Shown here: positions 14,107-27,955 of the stretch, piece after piece
Position numbering within the stretch: the stretch's first letter is position 1
How the letters are laid out: each line of letters opens with the position of its first letter
Position numbers and translations under genes: made by a program
Assembly (NCBI GenBank): GCA_964016885.1
Contig: OZ024746.1
Span: 73,966,001 to 74,030,000, forward strand
Length of the DNA stretch: 64,000 bases
Reading direction: 5' to 3'
Source of the DNA: Eledone cirrhosa
Lineage: Eukaryota
Notes under the pieces: model-generated
Database searches by the model: none
Seen by the model: the letters and a program-made list of their open reading frames with translations, nothing else
What the model was told of the DNA's origin: nothing

Positions 14107-14655
14107 ATATGTATATACATACACACATATACACACATATACACGCACATACACACACACACTTACACACACATACACATATATATAGATAAATAAATAT
14201 GTTAGTATATACTTATATATACGTATACACACAAATTTCTATACCTATTTTTCTATCTATTTATCCACCCATCCATTTATATATCTATATAAATATATAT
14301 ATATGTGCGTGAGTGGGTGAATGTTTCTATGTATGTTTTTGTGTCTATGTATATATACAGTCACACATTGACAAATGTATCACACATATATATATTTATA
14401 TGCACCCATGTATATATAAATACATATATTCATATATACAAACATATATGCATACATATATGCATACATACATTCATACATAAATACATTCGTACATACA
14501 TACATATATACATGCATGCATACATACAAACACACTTACATACATGCATACATAGAAACATACATACATACATATATACATATATACATACATATATATA
14601 TATATACATTCATACATACATACATGCATACATACAAAGATACATACATACAAAG

Positions 14656-14687
<32 letters not shown>

Positions 14688-15067
14688 GCACTGGGATATG
14701 TTAGTAACTGCCTCAATACAAATCTTGAGAAGCTAGGCTTCACAGGAACAGAAAGAACACAACTAGTTAGGAAACTACAAGTACAATCCATTAATGGAAC
14801 AGTAAAAATATGTAAAATATTCCAACAATTTTACATCTAATAACTGCATATACACATGTACAGATACAAAGCATATACACATGAACACATACAACTCAAA
14901 ACACCGACATCCACACATACAATAACATCCATATCTACACATACATACATACATATCTACCTAGTTGATGTTGTGTAAATTCCAATGAGAGAGTCTTGTG
15001 TCTATGTTAGAAACCGACTCTCTCTCTCTATTGGTAAAACTTTGTGAAATTATAAAACCAGAAGAAC
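14688..15067 (+). mobile_element. 3' end of RLE-type non-LTR retrotransposon, family A
   Basis: ALGYVSNCLNTNLEKLGFTGTERTQLVRKLQVQSINGTVKICKIFQQFYI* followed by a UTR and a (CATA)n tail. Its first ~80 bp recur at 15519-15597. Confidence 0.82.
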
Positions 15068-15596
15068 ATACATACATACATACATACATACATACATACA
15101 AACACACTTATATACATGTATACATAGAAACATACATATATACATACATATATACATATATACATATATACATATATACATATATACATGCATACATACA
15201 TATATACATATATACATTCACACACACATACATGAATACATACAACCATACATACATACAAACATACATACATACAAACACATTTACATACATGCATACA
15301 TAGAAACATACATATATACATACATATATACATAGATACATATATACATACATATATACATATATACATTCATACATACATACATGAATACATACAACCA
15401 TACATACATACATACATATATACATATATACATACATATATACATATATACATTCATACATACATACATGCATACATACATACATACATACATACATACA
15501 AACATATATACATATATATGCACTGGGATATGTTAGTAACTGCCTCAATACAAATCTTGAGAAGCTAGGCTTCACAGGAACAGAAAGAACACAACT

Positions 15597-16200
15597 GCGA
15601 AAGAATGTCATCTCGCTACTACCTCCCCATGAGACACGATGGGATAGCTAGAACCATCTGGAACGCACTTCGGAAAACAAAATTAACAACAAACGAGGAA
15701 GAATATATTGAGACAGATGGCACTAAGGAATACTGGTGGAACCTGAAAATAAAAACTGCCACCAAATTAAAGCACAACCGGCCTGATATTGTTGTTTGGG
15801 ACCACACATTGAAAACGTGTTCTGTTGTGGAGATCAGCTGCCCACTTGATGTAAACGTTGTCAGAAAAATACAGGAGAAGGAGAACATCTACGGACCATT
15901 GATGAGGAGTTTACAAATCCAGTATCCAAGATACACCTTTAGCTTCATACCCATCATTATTGGAGCTACGGGTTATATGCCAACCCGCTTGGACCAAAGT
16001 ATGACCGAACTTGGATTTGCGGACAAAAAGCGCAGCTCCCTAATTCATAGTCTGCAAATGGCTGCGATAGCTGGCACCTTCAAAATTTGCAAAACATTCT
16101 TGCGATTCAAGGGATGACAATTTCTTTTCTTTTACAATCTTGCCACCAGGAAGGTGGCCGGTCAAAAAGAATATACTCGAAATTAAGAGAAAGAGATAAC
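15597..16200 (+). mobile_element. 5'-truncated RLE-type (R4/NeSL-like) non-LTR retrotransposon, family B; open frame 15605-16117 encodes the restriction-like endonuclease domain
   Basis: RHD..., KHNRPDIVVWD, VVEISCP, QEKENIYGPL and FIPIIIGATG are the RHD / PD..E / KxxY-type motifs of RLE domains; followed by a UTR and (CATA)n. Confidence 0.92.
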
Positions 16201-16273
16201 ATACAAACATACATACATACATACAAACACACTTACATACATGCATACATAGAAACATACATACATACATACA

Positions 16274-16307
<34 letters not shown>

Positions 16308-16410
16308 CATACATACATACATAAATACATATATACATTCATACATGCATACATATTTACAAACAAACATACATACATACAAACACACTTACATACATGC
16401 ATACATAGAA

Positions 16411-16443
<33 letters not shown>

Positions 16444-16729
16444 CATACATACATACATAAATACATATATACATTCATACATGCATACATATTTACAAAC
16501 AAACATACATACATACAAACATACAAACATACATACATATACACACACAGAATGTATAAGATATACATGCAGTTCTGTTTCATATAGAATATTTCCAATG
16601 CTACGAATGTTGCAATTTCCCTACGGTGCGACCGACATCTTGGTCAAAGTAAGCTCCCTGCAAGAACGGATTTCACACCTTATCTATATGCTTTTATGCC
16701 CAACAACAACACACTAATACAACTAGTAT

Positions 16730-17512
16730 GATCACCACCAGCACCAAGAATACTCCCCGCCAGCAGCAGCAGCAGCAGGAGCAGCAAGCAGCGATACCAC
16801 CACCAGAACCCCCCACCCCACACCCCACCAATGCCACCACCACTGCCAGCAGCACGCAGCAGCACTACCACCACTATCAACAGCAGCACCAACACCACCA
16901 TCACTACCAGCGCCAGCCAGCACCACCAGAACCAGCACCAGCACCAGCACCAGCACCAACACCAACACCAGCACCAGCACCTCCCCCCCACTGCCGCCAC
17001 CAACTCTACCACCACAACCAGCACCAGCACCACCACTACGACGAACCCCACCACCACCACCACTACCACAACCACAACCAGCACCAGCACCAGCACCAGC
17101 ACCAACATCAACATCAAACCAGCACCCGTCCCCCACTGCCGCCACCAACTCTACCACCACAACCAGCACCAGCACCATCACTACGACCAACCCCACCACC
17201 ACTACCACAACCACAACCAGCACCAACACCAACACCAGCACCAGCACACCGCCACTGCCGCCACCAACTCTACCACCACAACCAGCACCAGCACCACCAC
17301 TACGACCAACCCCACCACCACTACCACAACCACAACCAGCACCAACACCTACACCAGCACCAGCACACCGCCACTGCCGCCACCAACTCTACCACCACAA
17401 CCAGCACCAGCACCACCACTACGACCAACCCCACCACCACTACCACAACCACAACCAGCACTAGCACTACAACCAACACCAGCACCACGACCATAATCAC
17501 TACCAACAACAA
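16730..17512. repeat. CAC/CAG-rich low-complexity tract with a ~119-145-bp higher-order unit (4 copies)
   Basis: The unit start ccactgccgccaccaactctaccaccacaaccagcacc recurs at about 16988, 17133, 17252 and 17371. Confidence 0.9.
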
Positions 17513-17582
17513 TACGCTGAAAATAATAAAGTAATAATAACGATATAAACATTATAAGCAGTGATGATTTCTATAAATTATA

Positions 17583-17680
17583 ATGCTTTCTTTATTAACC
17601 ACAAGAGTCTACATAAAGTAGACATTAAGGACAGTACAGGACAATACAGGGCGGTACAAATGGGCATTTCTGCGTGTAAA
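17583..17680 (-). mobile_element. Short 3' UTR remnant of the L1/Tx1-like LINE
   Basis: tttctttattaaccaca... resembles the terminus at 13062 (tttctttattagccaca), with AATAAA on the minus strand. Confidence 0.4.
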
Positions 17681-17911
17681 AAACAAGAAACAGAGGATGT
17701 AATAATAGAACAATGAAAAAATTATAATATTAACAATCCACCAACTTAGAAGAATCATGTTTTTCATATGTAAAAGAATAATTTGAAGAAAGAAGAAAAT
17801 ATTTTAAAATGTAAGAAACAAGGAAGAATAAGAATAAGAAAAAAGAATAAGAAAAAAGCGGAGCAGTATAGAATAAAGGAAGTAAAGATAGAATATATAT
17901 ATATATATATA

Positions 17912-18030
17912 GGAACAAGTAAGACCCCGACGGGTGTTCCTTACTTGTTCCTATTACCCACTCTACTACTCTAAGTATTGAGTACTTTGGTGCGTTATGG
18001 TCCATTTGGTTCCTTACCACATTCCCTTCG
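17912..18030. repeat. Dispersed repeat family F3 fragment
   Basis: ttcctattacccactctactactctaagtattgagtactttggtgcgttatggtcc...ccttaccac is the reverse complement of 35278-35355 and 42370-42450. Confidence 0.75.
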
Positions 18031-18125
18031 TTATATATATATATATATATAAATTTCTTTAGTAAAAAAGAACGGTGAAAGCTTCTATTTCTATTTTCAA
18101 ACTCGCTCGCTGTTTCAAAACAAAC

Positions 18126-18167
<42 letters not shown>

Positions 18168-18183
18168 TCCTATATATATATCT

Positions 18184-18376
18184 CCGCTGTGATCCGTCTG
18201 TTTCTTTCTTACTGCTTCCCCTTTTCTCTGTATCTCTCACTTCCTTTTACCCCCTCTAACAGTCACTCTCTCTGTTAGCCTCTTCCTCACACTTTCACTC
18301 GCTCACTCTCTGCTACTCCCTCGCCATCACTTCCTCCCGTTTGACCTGTGCGAGATTCTTTCCTTACTCACATTTC
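18184..18376. repeat. Family F1 copy
   Basis: Near-identical to 9286-9480. Confidence 0.85.
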
Positions 18377-18809
18377 GCGTGTGAAAAATCTGACAGATTA
18401 ATAAGCAGGGCTGGGGACGATTATTCAAGACCTGAGAGTACCTTAATTATTGACGGACGTAAGAATGAAAACTCAATACCGAAATAGAGTTTAAATATAT
18501 TAATCCCGTAGGAAAGGGCACATAGTATAATTTGTTTAATTATATATATATACAGTGGCGGTGTAACTAGTGTTTGTCTGTTTGTCTCCTTCCAATAATC
18601 ATATTTCCTCCCCAAACTACCAAAAAAGCACACACCTATTTGGATATGCGCTACAATTTATGTACATGTTATGTTTATCGCAAATCGAAGTTTTTCTTAA
18701 CCATTTTAGAGTGTAAAGAGTTAACTTAATCACAACAACTAAATTGTCCAAATTTGCCCCCTCCAATTCAGAAATACTTCCACCGGCCCTGCATATAGTA
18801 CATATGAAG

Positions 18810-19535
18810 CAACAGTAAGTGAATGTGGAATATACAGTGTATTGTTAAGGTAGCGTATGCGTATGTGGAAATAGAATAAGTGAATGTGGTACATTATGTA
18901 TATATCCTTACGGGGTCGATAAAATAAAGTACCAGTAATGCACTGGGTAATTGCTGGCCTTGTGCCTAAAGTAGAAACATTTATGTATATGTACGTGGGA
19001 CATTGCATAAATAAGTGTATGTATACATAAGTATATGACAAGGAGTCCTAGATGGTTGTCTAATGACTGACACATATAAAAACAGTAAAAGAAAATTATA
19101 AGTGTATATTGAGAATATATATAAGCGTATGTGGGACACAATGCAAGTTATACGGGACATAATATGGCAAAGTGTCAAATATATTGTAGGGGTATGTAGT
19201 ACATTGTGTAAGTATATGTGAGGCATAATGTGAATTTATGCAGACCATCGAGTAAGTGTACAGTATATGGGACATGGCATAAGTGTATGTTAGCATTAGT
19301 ATAAGTATATATTGGGTATAGCATAAAAGTATATGGTTGGTACATACTTTAAGTGTATGTGGGACATAATGTGTTTGCAGGATATAATAGAGGTGTACGT
19401 GTGATACAGTGTAGGTACATGTGGGATACAGTGTTTGTAGGACACTAGGTACGTGTACGTGGGATATTGCGTAAGTGTTCATAAGTCATATTGTAAGTGT
19501 ATATAGGACATAGTGTAAGAGTATGTAGAACATAA
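18810..19535. repeat. Degenerate ~20-22-bp minisatellite (approximately gtgtaagtgtatgtgggacata) interrupted by a SINE S1 3' fragment at 18904-18981
   Basis: Recurrent gtatgtgggaca / gtatatgggaca / gtacgtgggata motifs; SINE core atccttacggggtcgataaaataaagtacc. Confidence 0.65.
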
Positions 19536-19622
19536 ACCTCATTACATCGTTAAACACTTAAAATTCATCTTCATAAGGTGCGTTAAAAATAGTTTCACTC
19601 AGCCATACATATACCTTCTCAG

Positions 19623-20042
19623 TCTCTGCCATAACGTCATTCTCTCTTTCTTTTTCTCTCTGTCATAACGTCATTCTCTCTTTCTTTTTCTCTCTGTCAT
19701 AACGTCATTCTCTTTCTTTTTCTCTCTGTCATAACGTCATTCTCTTTCTTTTTCTCTCTGTCATAACGTCATTCTCTTTCTTTTTCTCTCTGTCATAACG
19801 TCATTCTCTCTTTCTTTTTCTCTCTGCCATAACGTCATTCTCTCTTTCTTTCTCTCTCTGTCATAACGTCATTCTCTTTCTTTTTCTCTCTGTCATAACG
19901 TCATTCTCTCTTTCTTTTTCTCTCTGCCATAACGTCATTCTCTCTTTCTTTTTCTCTCTGTCATAACGTCAATCTCTTTCTTTTTCTCTCTGTCATAACG
20001 TCATTCTCTTTCTTTTTCTCTCTGTCATAACGTCATTCTCTC
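19623..20042. repeat. Minisatellite, 13 copies of a 32-34-bp unit tctctgtcataacgtcattctc(tc)tttctttttc
   Basis: I counted 13 occurrences of cataacgtca. Confidence 0.95.
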
Positions 20043-20213
20043 TTACACTCACTCTCTATCATAATATCATCGTCCTTCAACCTCACTCTCTCTGTCTCTA
20101 TCTATGTATCCAATGGTCAACTCAGTCTACATATGATTATATTTTTCTCTTCTATTTACATCATTTCGTTTGTCTCACGTTCAGAGTTATCTCCCTCTCC
20201 CTCCTCGTCCCCG

Positions 20214-20405
20214 TTCTTCTTCTTCTTCTTCTTCTTCTTCTTCTTCTTCTTCTTCTTCTTCTTCTTCTTCTTCTTCTTCTTCTTCTTCTTCTTCTTCTTC
20301 TTCTTCTTCTTCTTCTTCTTCTTCTTCTTCTTCTTCTTCTTCTTCTTCTTCTTCTTCTTCTTCTTCTTCTTCTTCTTCTTCTTCTTCTTCTTCTTCTTCT
20401 TCTTC
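20214..20405. repeat. Perfect (TTC)n, about 64 units
   Basis: Directly visible. Confidence 0.97.
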
Positions 20406-21437
20406 GTGGCAAGTACGTACACAGTGTCTTATATTGGCTTCAAAGGTTCTGCTGCCAAACGCACACTCATACATACTTATGATAATGAACACACGAAATC
20501 GCTCATATACACATACATACGCGCACACACACACATACACACACACACACCACACACACATACATACATATATATATATATATAGGACTACATTTACACA
20601 TTTCGACGGGAATCTCCTCATACTGTCAACCTTTCGTGTATACGAACTAAGTACCACAACCACATACACACACAACCACACACACACACACATTCACATA
20701 GACATGTACAACTGCAAACATATACATGAACGTCGTAAATAGCCACGCCCTCAGAAATGCATCACACATACATACTTGAGCACACAGTAGAACACGCACA
20801 CATAGATCCACAGAAACACAAAGGAATACACGCAAATGCAAACACACAAATAAAACTATGTTTACACTCACATATCATCATACATGGTGACGCCCTAATA
20901 TATATATATATATTAAAGCCCAATAGCACACACTTACACACGCACACACGCACACAGACATACAGACATAAATATACATACACACATATGCAAATATGAA
21001 TACAAACGTTGAGAAACGTGCGTACAACCAACAACGTAATTACATATGCTCCCACAAACAAACGCAAACTCGTATACAAGTACGTTTACAAACGTACACG
21101 AATATGTATAGACAACCACGTATATACATACGAACAAAGACAAACTCACACGCATACATATTCTATAACTACAGAGCTTTATATCAATGTAATCTTCTTT
21201 TCACCTAATCGACTTCTCATCCAGTTATCTGCTAAAATGCATGGCTATTTTACCAAACCGGATTAAAGGCGGAGATTTGTCCCTAATTAACCATGAATTA
21301 CCGATAGCTTTTATCGGACTTAGTATAAAACCCGCGAAAACTTTCAATAGTATTGCAAAAAAAAAAAAGAAAAGGATAAAGAAGAGAAATTAGACGTCTT
21401 CGTTGTATTATATCGGAAATATGCAATACTATATATA

Positions 21438-21473
<36 letters not shown>

Positions 21474-21506
21474 TAAGAACTATCTCTAACATATTTATGA
21501 AGATAC

Positions 21507-21589
<83 letters not shown>

Positions 21590-21933
21590 TAAGAACTATC
21601 TCTAACATATTTATGAAGATACGTATATATATATATATATATATATACGTATCTTCATAAATATAAAAAAAAGAATGCTTGCATATGTGAGATAGATAAG
21701 CCTACCATATATGTATGTTTGCTTATTTATGTATATAAAGGTTTTGAATATTACCGATAGAATTAATTAAATTATATTTTATTACAAATCTTGTTATTCA
21801 CTTCACAAACAGAAATAAGAACACACACAACCTCAAACACGAGCTCTCATACACTTAAACACAAACATGTTTAGGCATATACACATAAATATATATATAT
21901 ATGCATATATATACACACACACAGACACACACG

Positions 21934-21998
<65 letters not shown>

Positions 21999-22162
21999 GT
22001 GTGTGTCTGCATAAATATACACTTATATGTATATTTATATTGAGAACTATTGAGACGTCCATATGCATTTCAAAGCATTCCTATTAATAGTTCCATAGAT
22101 ATAACTAAGAGTAAAGATAAGAAGAAGGCTGCCAAGCAATGCATCGTTGGATGTAGAGATGT

Positions 22163-22305
22163 TTATTCGATTAAATTGAACTTCACTACTTGACGACGAT
22201 TTACTTTATCGACCTCGTAACAATGAAAGGAAAAGATCTTGCCGGTGGGATTAGAACTCAGAACGTGAAGAGGCTCAACTAAACATAACGAGGCAACCTT
22301 CGTAC
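22163..22305 (-). mobile_element. Old diverged SINE related to S1
   Basis: tttatcgacctcgtaacaatgaaaggaaaagatcttgccggtgggattagaactcagaacg aligns to the reverse S1 core. Confidence 0.65.
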
Positions 22306-22330
22306 ACACACCTCCTCCTCCAGCTATTAT

Positions 22331-22451
<121 letters not shown>

Positions 22452-22695
22452 ACTACCATTAGTAGGGGAACAAGACCCCAATTCCCTTACACTGCAAGCA
22501 ATCAGCTACAAGTTATGAACATTATCAAAAATATGTGCCCCCATATTCCCAGAATTTCCCAAATGTACAAGAATCTGTCAGCCTTTGGAAGAATGTTGAT
22601 GTGTTGTTTTTTACCAATAATTTATCTCTTAGAATTTTCAAGACCACTCTTTATCTACTCCACTATTTACATAATATTATATTTATTTAATACAA

Positions 22696-23090
22696 GAGAG
22701 GTGGATTGGCAGTATTGGTAGAGGGTCGGACGCCATGCTTTCCAGCATAGTTACGTCCCTTTACGATCTGAGTTCAAATCCCGCCGAGGTTGACTTTGCC
22801 TTTCATCCTTACGGGGTCGATAAAATAAAGTACCAGTAATGAACTGGGTAATTGCTGGCCTTGTGCCTAAAGTAGAAACAATTATATTTATTTAATACAA
22901 GGGCGGTGGATTGGCAGTATTGGTAGAGGGTCGGACGCCATGCTTTCCAGCATAGTTACGTCCCTTTACGATCTGAGTTCAAATCCCGCCGAGGTTGACT
23001 TTGCCTTTCAACCTTACGGGGTCGATAAAATAAAGTACCAGTAATAAACTGGGTAATTGCTGGCCTTGTGCCTAATGTAGAAACAATTAT
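22696..23090 (+). mobile_element. Head-to-tail dimer of SINE S1 (205-bp period)
   Basis: Two near-identical units, bounded and separated by attatatttatttaatacaa at 22676-22695, 22881-22900 and 23086-23105. Confidence 0.95.
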
Positions 23091-23322
23091 ATTTATTTAA
23101 TACAATATTATTTCAGCCTTTTCACCAATTACAATAACCTCCTCACGTTATTCTTTCAGAGAACCGTCAATTCTTAGCACTATGTACAGCCATTGTGCAA
23201 TGCTATCTATATGTAGTTGAGACACAGAACATGAATTTGAGAGTCGTATAGCCAACTAAACCAACCTGGATATCATGCTAAACATATCGGTTAATCTAAT
23301 CCATCTACTCATAATAACGTAA

Positions 23323-23503
23323 TAATTGTTTCTGCTTTTGGCACAATGCCAGCAATTACCCCAGTACATTACTGGTGCTTTATTTTATCGACCCTGTAAG
23401 GATGAAAGGAAAAGTTAACCTCGGTGGGATTTGAACTCAGACCGTAAAGGGCCGTAACTATGCTAGAAAGCATGGCGTCCGGCCCTCTACCGATAATGTC
23501 AAT
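23323..23503 (-). mobile_element. SINE S1
   Basis: Reverse complement of the S1 unit. Confidence 0.92.
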
Positions 23504-23522
23504 TTTTTTTATTATTTAAAAA

Positions 23523-23709
23523 TAATTGTTTCTACTTTTGGCACAAGGCCAGCAATTATCCCAGTGCGTTACTGGTACTTTATTTTATCGACCCCGTAAG
23601 GATGAAAGGCAAAGTTAACCTCGGCGGGATTTGAACTCAGAATGGTAAGGGCCGTAACTCTATGCGTCAAAGCATGGCGTCCGACCCTCTACCCATACTG
23701 CCAATCCAC
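23523..23709 (-). mobile_element. SINE S1
   Basis: Reverse complement of the S1 unit, full length. Confidence 0.93.
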
Positions 23710-24473
23710 AATGCCATAATAATAACATACATACACTGGAAATTATGTCAGCATAAGTAATAGAAATGAGGTCGTACAAACATATATCTCAAACGGTCAT
23801 TCATAAAAAACTGACGATTCTTTGGATCATAAGATTTCAGAAATATACGGAAAATACCAGAAGTATACACAAAATTCGTATCCGTATAAGATAGCATCTC
23901 TTTTTCAACCATATATTTCTGTGTGTATGTCTGAATGTAGACGTAACATACAGGTTTCCTTATATTCGTTTTAATAGCTACTGCCTCCAACTCACAACAC
24001 TGTCAACCTTGATAATGTAACAGGAAAAACTCTGTTTGCCTCATTAGTTATTACTTCTAAGGATAAGATTATACGGTCACGAGACCAAAATTCTTCCCTT
24101 TTTGTCAAAATTGGTATCATTAAAAAAACCCTCGAATCATTAATTCAAAATCTATATTTTGAATGATCCATTCGAAACAATTTCACGAAACAAAAAAAAA
24201 AAAAAAGATATAAATTGTTGTATACTCAGTCACTGATAAGACTATAGACATCGTTATTTGAATTTATAAATCAATTTATTTCCTTTCAGGTTTTAAAAAT
24301 GATCTTAAGATCTGACTAACAAATGCATTTCTGTCGTCTTGCGCTTGATATGTATGATGTAAAATCCGTTGATTTTCATTGTATCTTCTCCTTGGAAGAA
24401 ACATTTCAATATTCAGTTTAGAGTGAGAGGGGAGAGAACGGTAGAGGAGAAAAGCAAATATATTTCATATTAT

Positions 24474-24656
24474 TTGGCAGTATTGGTAGAGTGTCGGATG
24501 CCATGCTTTGGCGCATAGAGTTACGGCCCTTGCCATTCTGAGTTCAAATCCCGCCGAGGTTAACTTTGCCTTTCATCCTTACGGGGTCAATAAAATAAAG
24601 TACCAGTAATACACTGGGTAATTGCTGGCCTTGTGCCTAAAGTAGAAACAATTATT
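24474..24656 (+). mobile_element. SINE S1
   Basis: ttggcagtattggtagag...gagttcaaatcccgccgagg...agtagaaacaattatt. Confidence 0.93.
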
Positions 24657-24854
24657 AATATATATAAAAGTCATGCTATAGAAAGAGTGAAAAAATTTAA
24701 CAAATGTAACAAAAGTACTAATAGGTCTAGATACTGAAATGATGCCAATTGATACATCGAATACACAAATTAGCAGATATTTCATGTCATAAACAGCTGT
24801 CCCTTAATGACATCAAACCTTATGCGATATGTGGGCCTATGCCAAAGTAATAGA

Positions 24855-25036
24855 TAATTGTTTCTTCCTTTGACACAAGGCCAGCAATTATGCTAGTGCA
24901 TTACTGGTGGTTTATTTTATCGACCCCGTAAGGATGAAAGGCAAACTTTAACTCGGCGGGATTTGAACTCAGATCATAAAGGGCCGTAACTCTATGCTGC
25001 AAAGCATGTTTGCCAACCCTCGACCGGTACTGCCAA
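24855..25036 (-). mobile_element. SINE S1
   Basis: Reverse complement of the S1 unit. Confidence 0.92.
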
Positions 25037-25707
25037 AACAATAGAGAATGACATTCTGTACAAAGAATTGCCATACGACATAAAAACAAATAATATATAT
25101 ATATATATATTGCTGATATTGCGTATATCTATACATTCCAGCATAAGGGATATTGGTTGACTATTCACGTCAAATATGTATTTAATTCAAACACACCACA
25201 CTTAATATAGCAGTTTGGGAGAAAAAAAACAGAGTTATGTACCCTTGAGTTATGTGCTACACAGTAAGAGTGATCATTTAATTTAAAAGAAGTTTATAGT
25301 CATATGCTTCGAAGCCTACAGCTTTTCCATCTTGATGACAAATTTAAACTTATACATTAATATTTGTCACACATGATTATAGTATGAAATGTTTAAGTAA
25401 TATTTAAGTCTAGAAAAGCTCAGATTTTCAGACAAAGAAACAGACGAAAGAGTATTTATTCTGCAAGTACTACATGTAACTGGAAGTGTGGAAATTGCAA
25501 GATATTTCCTTCCTGAAATTCCGAAATATAATTGAATACTTTTAATGTTATCTAAATTCATAGTAAACATTTAAAGAAAGACATTTTAGATCCATATATC
25601 CGTACATAGGCATTCATATTGACATATATATATATTCATACATCCATAGAAATATAGTATATGCAAGCATACATACATACATACACACACATATACATTT
25701 ACACACT

Positions 25708-25754
<47 letters not shown>

Positions 25755-26722
25755 GCACGTAGACACACACGCACACACATACATACTTACCTAAATACTT
25801 AGCTATATATACATTCATATATACAAAGACGCATACATACACACTTACCTACCGAAACACATATCTAGATAGCTACCTCCTACCTATATACGTACATGCA
25901 TATATAATGAATAAATAAATAAATAAATACATTAATACACAACAGAAGATATTGAGAAAATACCGTTGCTTGGCATCGTAATCTCAACCCTGTTTGAATT
26001 ATGAACGAAAATGCTGTAAATGATAATAAATAAAAGTAAGAAATATGCTCTAATGAAATATTAAACCAATATATTTTACCAATATATATTATCGATATCT
26101 TTTTAACGCTATATATTACCAATATCTTCAACAGATACAGTTTAGTGATATGATATGCCGATATTAATTTACTATTATGATTTACTGGCATAATTTACTG
26201 ATGTATTTTACAGACACGGTTTACAGGTACAAACCGTCATTTTACCTATTGTATTGGGAGTATAAAGTAATATTGAGATTTTCTGTAGCCACATACCAAA
26301 ACGCTTTACCATTGGGCTGAGGCACTATTGCTTATAATAGGTATCATACGGAGGAAGATTTAAGCCAATGAGGAAAGCATCTAAAAATATGAAGTAAAGT
26401 ACATTCAGATCATGTTTTACCGTCTATTCTAGTACCTTATATACGAAGTGAAGGAATGGTGAGAGCAAGGAAATCTTTGTTTTTACGTTTATTATATAAC
26501 TTTATTCGTTATTGTGGAAAGTCTTTAGCTTTTTACCATGACCGAAGACCCTTAAGTCGCAAGTGATATTTTTATTTCTCTACAGCCGGTTTCGACACTT
26601 TTGCTCGTGGATAATGTCTAGTTATAGAATCGTTAGAACGTTGTGATACACACACAAACACACACACATATACACACACACACACACATACACACACAAA
26701 CACACAGACACACAGATACACA

Positions 26723-27879
26723 CTTCAGAGAGGGAAGATCAACCACCAGTCACATCCTGATGCTCAAGGGGATATTAGAGGGAGCTAGAGCAAAGTGCCT
26801 TCCTGCAGTCATGGTTTTCATTGACTTTAGGAAGGCCTTTGATTCTGTGGACCGTCACTATCTGATGAAGATCTTACAGGCTTATGGAATCTCCAAGAAG
26901 ATAGTGGACCTGATATCACTGCTCTACACCAACACCAAAGTCCAAGTCATTACACCTGATGGGATGACAGAGTTCTTTGAGATACTGGCTGGAGTGCTCC
27001 AGGGAGACACATTGGTTCCATACCTTTTATCATCGCCGTGGACTATTGTATGCGCCTTGCACTGGAGAAACACCAGGACTCTGGCTTTATCGTAACACCG
27101 ACTCAGAGCAGGAGAGTTAAGGCGAAAAAGATATCAGATGCTGAATTTGCCGACGACATAGTTCTGGTGACAAACACAGTAAAGAAGGCAGAAGATTTGA
27201 TGCAGGAGGTGGAGACTGAGTGTGGGGCTGAGAATGAATGAGATTAAGACGAAGTATGTGGTAGAGAATATTCAGAAGCCAGATAAGATTACTAAAGTAG
27301 GCGGGAAACCGCTAGAATTGGTTGACGATTTGCTGTATTTGGGAGCCAAGATTGGGAATACAGAAGATGATGTGGTCAAAAAGAAGAGGAAAGCCTGGGC
27401 GGCGTGCCACAGCTTGAGATCGGTGTGGAAGTCGGACCTTCGTAAAGATCTGAAGATCCGTCTCTTCGTTGCTGTAGTGGAGTCTGTGCTGCTGTACGGG
27501 TCTGAGACTTGGACACTGACCAAGAAACTCACTCAGATGGTGGATGGGTACTACACGAGAATGCTGAGGATGGCTCTGAACATTAATCAGAAGAACTCAG
27601 AGTTGTATGGGAGCCTCCCAAAAGTCAGCTCAAGAGTGACACAGAGGTGACTGAGGTTAGCTGAACATGCTCACCGACATCCAGAGTTGACACTGCCATC
27701 AGTGCTCCTGTGGGAGCCCCTGCATGGACACACTGGAAGATGAAGACCGAGGTTAACATATGTTGATGCCCTAGGGACAGACACTGGTCTCTTGGAGATG
27801 CAGGACATGGCAGCGATGATGAGGGACAGAGACCGCTGGAAAGAACTCGTCCATGGAACTCGGGAGTTTTACCCGCCTA

Positions 27880-27882
<3 letters not shown>
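26723..27882 (+). mobile_element. 5'-truncated RTE-clade LINE, RT domain to 3' end (frameshifted)
   Basis: FREGRST, FIDFRKAFDSV, GVLQGDTL, EFADDIVL, GLRMNEIKTK, LLYLG, VESVLLYGSETWTL; sits between (CA)n and (TA)n tracts. Confidence 0.95.

Positions 27883-27955
<73 letters not shown>

Larger units (their letters stand above)
14330..16550. repeat. Complex (CATA)n/(TACA)n compound microsatellite array interleaved with RLE retrotransposon ends
   Basis: Directly visible; contains internal higher-order duplications (e.g. catagaaacatac, aaacacacttacatac). Confidence 0.9.

Noticed and set aside
16680-17552. Long Q/H/P/T-rich ORFs (up to 268 aa)
   Set aside because: Open in several frames on both strands because CAC/CAG repeats lack stops; the repeat unit length (119 bp) is not a multiple of 3 and there is no domain or splice evidence.
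19623-20042. CRISPR-like regular array
   Set aside because: Units are contiguous with no unique spacers, there are no cas genes, and the context is eukaryotic.
20133-20742. Poly-F, K, R, S and E ORFs
   Set aside because: They are the (TTC)n microsatellite.
22700-22790. tRNA gene
   Set aside because: The A/B-box-like head belongs to a multi-copy SINE and no full cloverleaf is evident.
24280-25550. Splice-acceptor-like sites (ttcctttcag at about 24289, ttttcag at about 25431) as host exons
   Set aside because: The following frames are short or closed and have no recognisable product; expected by chance in AT-rich DNA.
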